A stretch of DNA of 15,912 bases. Source: Candidatus Fervidifonticultor quintus (GTDB lineage: Bacteria; Sysuimicrobiota; Sysuimicrobiia; Sysuimicrobiales; Humicultoraceae). The stretch spans positions 1 through 15,912 of the forward strand of contig JAVKIJ010000077.1 in assembly GCA_031459535.1 (NCBI GenBank), in the 5' to 3' direction. Made by a program: the position numbers and the translations under genes. Positions 7,902-15,912 of the stretch are shown here, piece by piece (the first letter of the stretch is position 1; each line of letters starts with the position of its first letter). The notes under the pieces were generated by a model. It was given only the letters and a program-made list of their open reading frames with translations, was not told where the DNA came from and did no database searches.

Positions 7902-9277
7902 ACGTGCCTGTCCGCCTCAATCCCGAGATGTTCCGCGAGTACGACATCCGCGGCGTGGTCGGGACCGACCTCACACCCCAGACTGCCGAGCGGATCGCGC
8001 GGGCGTACGCCGCCCTGCTGGCGCCGGGCTCGCCCGTGGTGCTGGGTCGGGACAACCGGGAACACTCGCCGGCCCTCGCCGAGGCTGTCGCCCGCGGCCT
8101 GGTCGCGTCGGGCTGTCAGGTTGTGGACATCGGCACCGTGATCAGCCCCACGTTCTACTTCGCGCGGGTCCACTGGGGCATCGAGGGCGGGGTCATGGTG
8201 ACGGCGAGCCACAACCCGCCCCAGTTCAACGGGTTCAAACTGGGCGGCGGGCCTGGGACACTGTACGGCGAAGAGATCCAAGCGGTGCGTCGCCGGGCGG
8301 AGGGCGGACCATTCCGAGCCGGCCGCGGTCACCTGGAGGTTCGGGACGCGACCACGCCGTACCTGGACGTCCTGCGGGAGAAAATCCGCCTGGGCCCTCG
8401 GCCGCTGCGCGTGGCCCTCGACTGCGGGAACGGCACCGCCAGCCTCATCGCCCCCCGGGTGCTCGCCGATTGGGGCGCCGAGGTGCTCCCGCTCTACTGC
8501 GAGTCGGACCCGCGCTTCCCGCACCACCATCCCGATCCGGTGGATCCGCACAACCTGGGCGACCTGGTGGCGCTGGTGCGCCGCGAGCGCTGCGACCTCG
8601 GTATTGGCCTGGACGGCGACGGCGACCGCCTCGGGGTCGTGGACGACCAGGGGACGATCCTTTGGGGCGACCTGCTCATGATCCTGTACTGGCGGGAGAT
8701 CCTGCCGCGGTATCCGGGAGCCGATGTGATCGTCGAGGTCAAGTGCTCGCAGGCGCTCCCAGACGAGGTCCGCCGTCTGGGGGGCAGGCCGTTCTTCTAC
8801 CGCACCGGGCACTCGCTGATCAAAGCCAAGATGCGCGAGATCGGCGCCGTCTTCACCGGTGAGATGTCGGGCCACATGTTCTTCGCCGACGAGTATTACG
8901 GGTTCGATGACGCGCTGTACGCCGCGGGCCGCCTGCTGCGCATCCTGTCCCACGCCGACCGGCCGCTCTCCGCGCTGCTTGGTGATGTCCCCCGGTACCC
9001 CATTACGCCCGAGGTCCGCATCAGCTGCCCTGACGACCGGAAGTTTGCCATTGTGGCCGCGCTGGCCGATCAGTTCAAGGCCAGCCACGAGGTCATCGAC
9101 GTGGACGGAGCACGGATTCTGTTTGACGAGGGCTGGGGCTTGGTGCGGGCCAGCAACACGCAGCCAGTACTGGTGGTCCGCGCCGAAGCGACCAGCGAGC
9201 CGGCGCTGGCGCGCATCAAGCAGGCGATTGCCACGGCGCTGGCGCAGTATCCTGAGGTGGGCCCGCTCACCTGGTGA
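7898..9277 (+). CDS. manB: Phosphomannomutase/phosphoglucomutase (AlgC/ManB type), 459 aa
   Basis: FREYDIRG start, catalytic TASHNP, metal loop DGDGDR, sugar-binding GEMSGH and C-terminal [11 protein letters not shown] overlaps the lptD stop (ATGA). Confidence 0.95.
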   Translation: MNVPVRLNPEMFREYDIRGVVGTDLTPQTAERIARAYAALLAPGSPVVLGRDNREHSPALAEAVARGLVASGCQVVDIGTVISPTFYFARVHWGIEGGVMVTASHNPPQFNGFKLGGGPGTLYGEEIQAVRRRAEGGPFRAGRGHLEVRDATTPYLDVLREKIRLGPRPLRVALDCGNGTASLIAPRVLADWGAEVLPLYCESDPRFPHHHPDPVDPHNLGDLVALVRRERCDLGIGLDGDGDRLGVVDDQGTILWGDLLMILYWREILPRYPGADVIVEVKCSQALPDEVRRLGGRPFFYRTGHSLIKAKMREIGAVFTGEMSGHMFFADEYYGFDDALYAAGRLLRILSHADRPLSALLGDVPRYPITPEVRISCPDDRKFAIVAALADQFKASHEVIDVDGARILFDEGWGLVRASNTQPVLVVRAEATSEPALARIKQAIATALAQYPEVGPLTW

Positions 9278-9281
9278 GGCG

Positions 9282-10337
9282 ATGACCGCCATGCGCAAAG
9301 CGCTGATCACGGGGATTACGGGACAGGACGGGTCCTACCTGGCGGAGTTCCTCCTGGCGAGGGACTACGAGGTCCACGGGGTCATCCGGCGGGCCTCGAC
9401 GTTCAATACCGACCGCATCGACCACCTCTACCAGGATCCACACGAGCCGCAGCCCAGGCTGCGCCTGTACTATGGCGACCTGACCGACGGCACAGGCCTG
9501 CGGGTGTTGCTGGAGCAGGTGGAGCCCGATGAAGTCTACAATCTCGGGGCGCAGTCCCATGTGCGCGTCTCGTTCGACCAGCCCGAGTACACCGCCGAGG
9601 TCGTGGCCCTGGGGACCCTGCGGCTGCTGGAGGCGATTCGCGACTACCAGAGGCGGACGGGCCGGGTGGTGCGGTTCTACCAGGCGGGTTCCTCGGAGAT
9701 GTTCGGGAACTCGCCGCCGCCGCAGAACGAGCAGACGCCCTTCTATCCCCGCAGCCCCTACGGTGTGGCCAAGGTCTACGCGCACTGGCAGACGGTGAAC
9801 TATCGTGAGGCCTACGGCCTGTTCGCGGCCAACGGCATCCTGTTCAACCACGAGTCGGCGCGCCGGCACGAGACGTTCGTCACACGCAAGATCACCCGGG
9901 CTGCGGCGCGGATTGCCCTGGGGCTGCAGGACCGGCTCTATCTTGGCAACCTGGACGCCCGGCGCGACTGGGGGCACGCCGCGGACTATGTCGAAGCCAT
10001 GTGGTTGATGCTGCAGCACCCGTGGCCCGATGACTTCGTGATCGCCACCGGGCGGTCGCGCTCGGTACGGGAGTTCCTCGAGGCGGCTTTTGGGCTGCTG
10101 AACCTGGAGTGGGAGCGCTACGTTGTCATCGACCCCAGGTATTTCCGCCCCACAGAAGTCGACCGTCTGGAAGGCGATGCCTCGAAGGCCCGGGCGGTGC
10201 TCGGGTGGGCCCCGAAGCGCACCTTCGACGACCTAGTGCGTGAGATGATCGACCACGACCTGCAGATGGCCAGAGCCGAGCGAACGCTTCGAGACTCCGG
10301 CCACCGGGTCAGCTCAAGGGGAGCCGGCGGTGGGTGA
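9282..10337 (+). CDS. gmd: GDP-mannose 4,6-dehydratase
   Basis: [72 protein letters not shown] and RYFRPTEV. Start is ATG 9282 or 9291; the track's 8859 start lies inside manB. Confidence 0.97.
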   Translation: MTAMRKALITGITGQDGSYLAEFLLARDYEVHGVIRRASTFNTDRIDHLYQDPHEPQPRLRLYYGDLTDGTGLRVLLEQVEPDEVYNLGAQSHVRVSFDQPEYTAEVVALGTLRLLEAIRDYQRRTGRVVRFYQAGSSEMFGNSPPPQNEQTPFYPRSPYGVAKVYAHWQTVNYREAYGLFAANGILFNHESARRHETFVTRKITRAAARIALGLQDRLYLGNLDARRDWGHAADYVEAMWLMLQHPWPDDFVIATGRSRSVREFLEAAFGLLNLEWERYVVIDPRYFRPTEVDRLEGDASKARAVLGWAPKRTFDDLVREMIDHDLQMARAERTLRDSGHRVSSRGAGGG

Positions 10338-11301
10338 CCATGCGTTCTGGTCGGGCCGCCGCGTGCTCATCACCGGCGGGGCGGGCTTTCTCGGATCTGT
10401 GGTGGTGGAGCGCCTCCAGGCAGCCGGCGCCCTCTGCGTCGTTCCGCGCCGGCGCCACTACGACCTCACGGACCCGGCGGCCGTCGAGCGGCTCTTCGCC
10501 GACAGCCAGCCGCAGGTCGCCTTCCATTTGGCCGCCGCCGTGGGCGGCATCGGCGCCAACCTGGCCAACCCCGGCCGGTTCTTCTATGAGAACATGGCCA
10601 TGGGCCTCAACGTCGTGGAGCAGGCCCGCCGGTACGGCCGCCTGGAGAAGATCGTGATTGCCGGCACCACTTGCGCCTATCCGGCACAGATCCCCCTGCC
10701 GTTCCGCGAGGACGACCTGTGGGCCGGCTACCCCGAGCCGACCAACGCGCCCTACGGCGTCGCCAAGCGGGCGTTACTGGTAATGGCCCAGGGCTACCGG
10801 GCCCAGTACGGCCTCCGGGCCATCTACCTGATCCCGGCCAACCTCTACGGTCCCGGCGACAACTTTGATCCCCAGACTTCTCACGTGATTCCGGCGCTCA
10901 TCCGCAAGACGGTGGAGGCCATCGAAGCCGGCAGCACGGAGATCGTCGGATGGGGGGATGGGACACCCACGCGCGAGTTCCTGCACGTCCGGGACGCCGC
11001 GCGAGGGCTGATCCTGGCTGCTCAGGATTATGACGCCCCCGAACCGGTCAACCTGGGAACTGGCCAGGAAATCTCCATCGCTGCGCTCGCGGCGTTGATC
11101 GCGCGCCTGGCGGGGTTCGAGGGGCGCATTGTGTGGGATCCATCCCGGCCAGGGGGCCAGCGCCGGCGCCGGCTGGACACCTCTCGAGCCAAGGCGGCGT
11201 TCGGCTTCCAGGCAGAGATCGCCCTCGAGGACGGGCTGCGGGAAACCATTGCCTGGTACAGGGCCCACCGGGCCGCGGTGACGTCTGTCCAGACCACGTG
11301 A
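10330..11301 (+). CDS. fcl: GDP-L-fucose synthase (GDP-4-keto-6-deoxymannose epimerase/reductase), 323 aa
   Basis: [24 protein letters not shown] (catalytic Cys), [11 protein letters not shown] (YxxxK), [19 protein letters not shown] (catalytic His) and [11 protein letters not shown]. It directly follows gmd with an 8-nt overlap. Confidence 0.95.
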   Translation: MGDHAFWSGRRVLITGGAGFLGSVVVERLQAAGALCVVPRRRHYDLTDPAAVERLFADSQPQVAFHLAAAVGGIGANLANPGRFFYENMAMGLNVVEQARRYGRLEKIVIAGTTCAYPAQIPLPFREDDLWAGYPEPTNAPYGVAKRALLVMAQGYRAQYGLRAIYLIPANLYGPGDNFDPQTSHVIPALIRKTVEAIEAGSTEIVGWGDGTPTREFLHVRDAARGLILAAQDYDAPEPVNLGTGQEISIAALAALIARLAGFEGRIVWDPSRPGGQRRRRLDTSRAKAAFGFQAEIALEDGLRETIAWYRAHRAAVTSVQTT

Positions 11302-12431
11302 GGATTGTCCTCACCGTCGAGTTCTACTACCCGCGCCGAGGAGGCGCCGAGCAGGTGGTAGCGAGCCTCGCCGAGCGCCTGGTGCGCAGGGGCCATGAGA
11401 TTGTCGTGGCCACGAGCGCCGACCCCCGGCGCCGCGAAGACCACCACAACGGCGTGCGCATTGTCGGCTTCGGCATCACCGGCAACGCGTCCCGCGGTAT
11501 GCGTGGCGATCTGCGCCGGTACCGTCGCTGGCTGCTGGACGAGCCGTGCGACGTGATGATGAACTATGCGGCGCAAGTCTGGCCCACGGACGCTGCCCTG
11601 GATCTCCTCGACCAACTGCCGTGTGCGCGGGTCCTGGCCACGTGCGGCTTCTCCGGGCTGCACGGCGCCCGCCGCCTGCTGTACTGGAGGTACTATCGGC
11701 GGATGCGCGCTCGTGCGGGCCTCTACCACGCCTTCGTCTATCACGCGTGCTCCGGCGCCGACGTCTCGTTCGGGCAGCGGTTCGGCCCGAGCGTCCAGGT
11801 GGTCATCCCCAACGGGGCGGAGGCGTCCGAGTTCGACGGGCCCCGCGGTGAATTCCGCAGGCGATGGGGCATCGGCGCCCGGCCCCTGTTGCTGCACGTG
11901 GGCAACCACTACCGCCTCAAGGGTCATCGCGACCTCTTCGCGCTCATGGACGCCCTCGGGCCGCGCGCGGGCGACCTGACGCTGGTCATGGTCGGTGACG
12001 ATCCCGGCGGCCGGACGAGCTGCTGGCAGGCGTGCGTGCGGGCCGCGGCAGCGCGGTCGAACGTGATGCTGCTCTCGGGCCTGGCCCGAGAAGAGGTGGT
12101 CGCCGCGTTTCGAGATGCCGACCTGGTCCTGCTACCGTCGCGGTTCGAGGTGGCTCCTCTGGTCCTGGTCGAAGCCATGGCCGCAGGCGTACCGTTCGTC
12201 ACCTACGACGTGGGCAATGCCCGTGAACTGGCAGGGGGCGTCGTCACCACTGGCATCTCTGGGCTGATCGAGGCCACGGAGAGTCTGTTGTACGACGAGG
12301 ACCGCCGTCTGGCACTCGGGGCGCAGGGGCGCCAGGCGCAGCGGCACCATCTGGAGTGGGATCGTATCACGGACCGCTACGAGGCTCTATTCGCCGCGCT
12401 GACGGAGCCGAAGGGATCGGGGCAGGCGTAG
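11298..12431 (+). CDS. Glycosyltransferase family 4 (GT-B), about 377 aa
   Basis: Starts at GTG 11298 (GTGA overlap with the fcl stop). Motifs YYPRRGGAE, VIPNG, HVGN..LKG and the Ex7E motif EVAPLVLVE-AMAAG. Confidence 0.92.
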   Translation: MRIVLTVEFYYPRRGGAEQVVASLAERLVRRGHEIVVATSADPRRREDHHNGVRIVGFGITGNASRGMRGDLRRYRRWLLDEPCDVMMNYAAQVWPTDAALDLLDQLPCARVLATCGFSGLHGARRLLYWRYYRRMRARAGLYHAFVYHACSGADVSFGQRFGPSVQVVIPNGAEASEFDGPRGEFRRRWGIGARPLLLHVGNHYRLKGHRDLFALMDALGPRAGDLTLVMVGDDPGGRTSCWQACVRAAAARSNVMLLSGLAREEVVAAFRDADLVLLPSRFEVAPLVLVEAMAAGVPFVTYDVGNARELAGGVVTTGISGLIEATESLLYDEDRRLALGAQGRQAQRHHLEWDRITDRYEALFAALTEPKGSGQA

Positions 12432-12435
12432 AGGT

Positions 12436-14475
12436 ATGGACGCCGCGTCCATCCAGGTCTCTGTAGTGGTCTTGACGTGGAACTCCTCCCGGAACGTCGG
12501 GCGGGCCCTTGCCGCTCTTTCCCAGGAGTGCCACGGTCTGGCAGCCGAGGTCATCGTGGTCGACAACGGATCCACGGACGATTCGCTCGCGGTGGTCGCC
12601 GCCAGCGCGCCGCAGGCGCGCGTGGTGCGCAACACCAGGAACCTCGGGGTCGCCCCTGCGAGGAACCAGGGCATGCGCCAGGCCAGGGGCCGCTACGTGC
12701 TGCTCCTCGACAGCGACACCGAGATGATGCCCGGGAGCCTGCGTGCCATGGTGGAGTTCCTCGACGCGCGTCCCGAGGTGGCAGTGGTCGGCCCCAAGCT
12801 GGTCTATCCGGACGGCACGCTGCAGTTCAGCTGCCGCCGCTTTCCCACCGTGCCCGGCAAGCTCTTCCGGCTGTTGCCGCTGGCCTGGCGGCGGGCCCTC
12901 CCATGGGTGGCGGACGAAGAGCTGATGGGCCTGGATCACTCCATCGCACAGCCGGTGGACTACGTCATCGGTGCCTGCCAGCTCATCCGCCGGTCTGTCA
13001 GCGAAGCGCTGGGCGGGCTGGACGACCGCATCTTCTACGGCCCCGAGGACGTGGATTTCTGCCTGCGAGCCTGGAAGGCCGGATGGGAGGTCTGGTACCT
13101 GCCAGGGGCTGTGGTGATCCACAGCGAGCAGCGCGTCACCCGCAGACGCCCGGGAATGCTGACGTGGCATCACGGCCGGGCGCTGGTCTACTACTTTGCC
13201 AAGCATCGGTACGTCTGGAAGCGCCCGGTCCCTGAGATTCCCGCGCCGGTGCTTCGGAAATCCGGCCGTCCGCCGCGAGCCCTGGTCCAGGCCCCGCGGG
13301 TGCCCCGGGTGCCCAAGGTTCTCCAGCTGGTCACCCTGTCGGAGTGGGGCGGGGCACAGACGCACGTGCTCGCCCTGGCCAGGGGTCTCCGGGGTGCCTA
13401 TGACGTCACCATCGGCTGCGGGCCCGGGGGCCCGCTGGTCACCCGTGGGCGCCAAGCCGGCATCCGCGTGGTGGAGATCCCGTCGCTAGTCCAGCCTCCT
13501 CGCTTCTTCGCCGACCTGGCCACGCTGTGGAGGCTGGTGCACTGGATCCGGGCCGAATCCTTCGAGATCGTCCACTGTCACAGCACCAAGGCCGGGCTGC
13601 TGGGTCGGATCGCGGCGAGACTGGCCCGTGTGCCCGCCGTCGTCTTCACGGCCCACGGATGGCCGTCGCTGGATGCGCTCCCGCCTCTCGTCCGCCTGGC
13701 CTACCAGATCGCGGAACGGGGCGTGGCTCGCCTCAGTGACGTGGTCATCTGTGTGTCGGAGCACGACAGGCGTCGGGCTCTGGAGATGGGGGCCGGAACC
13801 CCCGACCGCCTCGTGGTGGTCCGCAACGGCGTGGATCCCGCGCTGTGGGCGCGACCAACAGGTCACCTGCTCGAGCGGGGGTATGTCGCTCCCATGGACC
13901 GACCCGCCCACGACGGCGCCTGCACCGCAGTCTGTGTGGCCAGACTGACCGTGCAGAAAGACCCGCTGTTGCTGCTGAGGGCCTGGAAGATGGTCCGGGG
14001 TGCGCACAGGCTCGTCCTGATCGGGGACGGGCCTCTGCGAGTCGAGCTAGAAGTTTTCTCCGCTCGGGAGGGATTGTCCGACCGCGTCGCGTTTCTGGGC
14101 GCGCGCGACGACGTACCCGTGGCGCTGGGGGCCGCAGACCTGTTCGTCCTGGCCAGCCGGTGGGAAGGGCTGCCGTTCGCCGTGCTGGAAGCGATGTTCT
14201 TTGGCCTGCCGGTCGTCGCCACTCGCGTGGGCGGGATCCCCGAAGCGGTCGCAGACGGCGAGACCGGCATCCTGGTGCCGCCGGGCGATGCTCGGGCGCT
14301 GGCCGAGGCGGTGGAGCGTCTGGCGGCCGATCCGCACCTTCGGCGTAAGATGGGCGCCGCGGGCCGGCGGCGTGCCGAGGCTTGTTTCACCGAGGCCCGC
14401 ATGCTGGCCGAGAGCGCCGACGTCTACGCGCGGCTGCTGATGCCCCGGGGCGCGGCGGTGGTGCCCTCGCGGTGA
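12436..14475 (+). CDS. Fused bifunctional glycosyltransferase: N-terminal GT2 (WbbL-like) and C-terminal GT4, 679 aa
   Basis: GT2 part: SVVVLTWN, VVDNGSTD, LLLDSD, GACQLIR, FYGPEDVDFC. A Pro/Arg-rich linker follows. GT4 part from about residue 292: GGAQ, VHCHSTKAG, FTAHG, VVRNGVD, ARLTVQK, GDGP and the Ex7E motif EGLPFAVLE-AM. One uninterrupted frame. Confidence 0.92.
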   Translation: MDAASIQVSVVVLTWNSSRNVGRALAALSQECHGLAAEVIVVDNGSTDDSLAVVAASAPQARVVRNTRNLGVAPARNQGMRQARGRYVLLLDSDTEMMPGSLRAMVEFLDARPEVAVVGPKLVYPDGTLQFSCRRFPTVPGKLFRLLPLAWRRALPWVADEELMGLDHSIAQPVDYVIGACQLIRRSVSEALGGLDDRIFYGPEDVDFCLRAWKAGWEVWYLPGAVVIHSEQRVTRRRPGMLTWHHGRALVYYFAKHRYVWKRPVPEIPAPVLRKSGRPPRALVQAPRVPRVPKVLQLVTLSEWGGAQTHVLALARGLRGAYDVTIGCGPGGPLVTRGRQAGIRVVEIPSLVQPPRFFADLATLWRLVHWIRAESFEIVHCHSTKAGLLGRIAARLARVPAVVFTAHGWPSLDALPPLVRLAYQIAERGVARLSDVVICVSEHDRRRALEMGAGTPDRLVVVRNGVDPALWARPTGHLLERGYVAPMDRPAHDGACTAVCVARLTVQKDPLLLLRAWKMVRGAHRLVLIGDGPLRVELEVFSAREGLSDRVAFLGARDDVPVALGAADLFVLASRWEGLPFAVLEAMFFGLPVVATRVGGIPEAVADGETGILVPPGDARALAEAVERLAADPHLRRKMGAAGRRRAEACFTEARMLAESADVYARLLMPRGAAVVPSR

Positions 14476-15878
14476 CGGCTCTCCCTCGCTTTCGCCAACA
14501 GCTCCAGGTCTCGGAGCGGAAGGTGCTGCTTGCGCTCGGAGATCTGGCGATGCTTTCCCTGGGTCTGTTCTTCGTGTTGGCCGTACGGCTCCAAGCGGCG
14601 TTCGAGACGACGCCGGCCGTCCGGCGCGCGACTTGGTTCGTCCTGCTGGCGGCGGCGTGGGCGGTCGCAGGAACGCTGGCAGAGGTCTACGATCTACGCC
14701 GCGCCGCCAAGCTGGGGGTCGGACCGCTGCGGGCCGCCGCCGCGGTGCTGGCCGCCGATGCGATCTATCTCGCCATTCCCTACGTGACGCCCTATCTGCA
14801 CGCATCGCGGCTGACCATTGTCCTGTTCGCTCTGGCGACGGGCGGCCTCGTAGCCCTGTGGCGGGTGCTCTACGCGGCCGTCCTGGTGCAGCCGTCGTTC
14901 CGGCACCCCGTGCTCATCCTCGGCGCCGGTCCACCCGGCCGGGAGATCCTGGCCGCGATGCGGTCGTACGGATCCACCGAGTACCTCCCCGTCGGATTCG
15001 TGGACGACGACCCGGCCCTGGTCGGCAAGGAGGTTGACGGCCTGGAGGTCCTCGGACACCACCGCGAGCTGCACAGGGTGCTGGAGCGCACCGGGGCGTC
15101 CGAAGTCGTCGTCGCGATTCCGGCGGGCGCACCCTCCACCGGCCAGCTCTTCCAGGCCCTCGTGGACAGCCACGAGCGCGGGATTGCGGTCACCCCCATG
15201 CACCGCCTGTTTGAAGCGCTGACCGGACAGGTGCCGGTGGAACATGCCGGGCGCAACCTGGCCGTGGTGCTGCCCCTCGACCGTCCCCCTCCGGTACTCT
15301 TCGACTCGTTCAAGCGCGTCACCGACGTCCTGATGGCCACCGCCGGTTTGCTCCTCACCCTGGTGGTGACGCCGTTGGCGGCGGTGGGGCTCTGGTTGGA
15401 GGACCGGGGACCGGTGTTCTACCGGCAACGCCGCGTCGGTCAGGCCGGTCGCCAGTTCGAGATCCTGAAGTTCCGCACGATGGTCGAGCACGCCGAGATC
15501 AACGGGCCCCAGTGGGCGGCGGTCGGCGACCCGCGGGTCACCTGGACGGGACGCATCCTCCGGCGCCTCCACCTGGATGAACTCCCGCAGGCCTGGAACA
15601 TCTTGAAGGGCGACATGAGCGTGATCGGACCGCGTCCGGAGCGCCCGGAGTTCGTCGAAGCGCTCCAGGCGGCGATTCCGTTCTACCGAACCCGACTCAG
15701 CGTCCGGCCCGGGGTCACCGGCTGGGCCCAGGTCAATTTCGAGTACGGCGACTCGATCGAGGACGCCCTGATCAAGCTGCGCTACGATCTGTACTATATC
15801 AAGCACCGGTCGCTGCTGCTGGAGCTCACCATCCTCGTGCGGACGCTGGGGCACGTCTTCCGCCGCGGCGGACGCTAG
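14472..15878 (+). CDS. Initiating polyprenyl-phosphate glycosyl-1-phosphate transferase (WcaJ/WbaP/CpsE-type), about 468 aa
   Basis: GTG 14472 overlaps the upstream stop (GTGA). It has N-terminal TM helices, a Rossmann-like VLILGAG and VGFVDDD, and the catalytic domain KRVTD..FYRQRRVG..KFRTM..LDELPQ.WNILKGDMSVIGPRPERP..RPGVTGWAQV..DLYYI. Confidence 0.95.
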   Translation: MTALPRFRQQLQVSERKVLLALGDLAMLSLGLFFVLAVRLQAAFETTPAVRRATWFVLLAAAWAVAGTLAEVYDLRRAAKLGVGPLRAAAAVLAADAIYLAIPYVTPYLHASRLTIVLFALATGGLVALWRVLYAAVLVQPSFRHPVLILGAGPPGREILAAMRSYGSTEYLPVGFVDDDPALVGKEVDGLEVLGHHRELHRVLERTGASEVVVAIPAGAPSTGQLFQALVDSHERGIAVTPMHRLFEALTGQVPVEHAGRNLAVVLPLDRPPPVLFDSFKRVTDVLMATAGLLLTLVVTPLAAVGLWLEDRGPVFYRQRRVGQAGRQFEILKFRTMVEHAEINGPQWAAVGDPRVTWTGRILRRLHLDELPQAWNILKGDMSVIGPRPERPEFVEALQAAIPFYRTRLSVRPGVTGWAQVNFEYGDSIEDALIKLRYDLYYIKHRSLLLELTILVRTLGHVFRRGGR

Positions 15879-15912
15879 GCGTCGTCTGCTGCTGGCAGGT
15901 GGTCATGGCGCC

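Noticed and set aside
9844-9870. Gmd motif reads NHESARR instead of the usual NHESPRR
   Set aside because: It is a single substitution and the catalytic motifs are intact, so there is no evidence of altered function or pseudogenisation.
1578-14471. Extended N-termini given by the ORF track (starts at 1661, 3474, 4405, 8859, 11133, 14382)
   Set aside because: Each extension runs inside the neighbouring gene. Downstream starts adjacent to the upstream stop codons, or in the intergenic gap, match where family homology begins.
235-15854. Many long antisense or alternative-frame ORFs (e.g. 285..1604 +, 2464..3618 +, 4978..6150 -, 6045..7439 -, 7874..9310 -, 12367..13455 -, 14694..15854 -)
   Set aside because: They overlap well-supported genes almost entirely, show no recognisable motifs, and have the Arg/Gly/Pro/His-rich composition expected of shadow ORFs in high-GC DNA.
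15897-15912. AGGTGG followed by ATG at 15905, a possible start of the next gene
   Set aside because: Only two full codons are visible, and the same bases could be the TGA stop of a convergent gene, so it cannot be supported.
1-15912. tRNA, rRNA, CRISPR array, IS element, prophage or defence genes
   Set aside because: No spaced repeats, transposase or integrase motifs, or RNA-gene-sized gaps were seen. The largest intergenic regions are about 130 and 75 bp.

Overview
This is a high-GC (roughly 70% by eye), almost fully coding bacterial cell-envelope locus made of two divergent, tightly coupled gene arms. Minus arm (4538 to <1): LpxB-like lipid-A-disaccharide synthase, MsbA-like ABC exporter, GT2 glycosyltransferase and an O-antigen-ligase-family membrane protein, which is truncated by the window edge and missing from the ORF track. 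Plus arm (about 4666 to 15878): ArnT/GT83-like lipid glycosyltransferase, a short LptD-like outer-membrane protein, phosphomannomutase, gmd, fcl, a GT4, a fused GT2-GT4 and a WcaJ/WbaP-type initiating phosphoglycosyl transferase. Together these look like a compact LPS-type pathway covering lipid A synthesis, flipping, modification, ligation and outer-membrane insertion, plus a GDP-fucose-containing glycan. The most notable points are a miniature LptD (about 18 candidate strands, retaining the disulfide-type cysteines), a non-canonical LpxB (GNGPGE in place of AGExSGD) coupled to msbA, GT2 and the ligase with no lpxK or waaA, an ArnT-like protein lacking the loop histidines, the GT2-GT4 fusion, and a near-consensus, possibly bidirectional promoter at the divergence point. 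No RNA genes, mobile elements or CRISPR arrays were seen. All family calls come from motif recognition by eye, not database searches.
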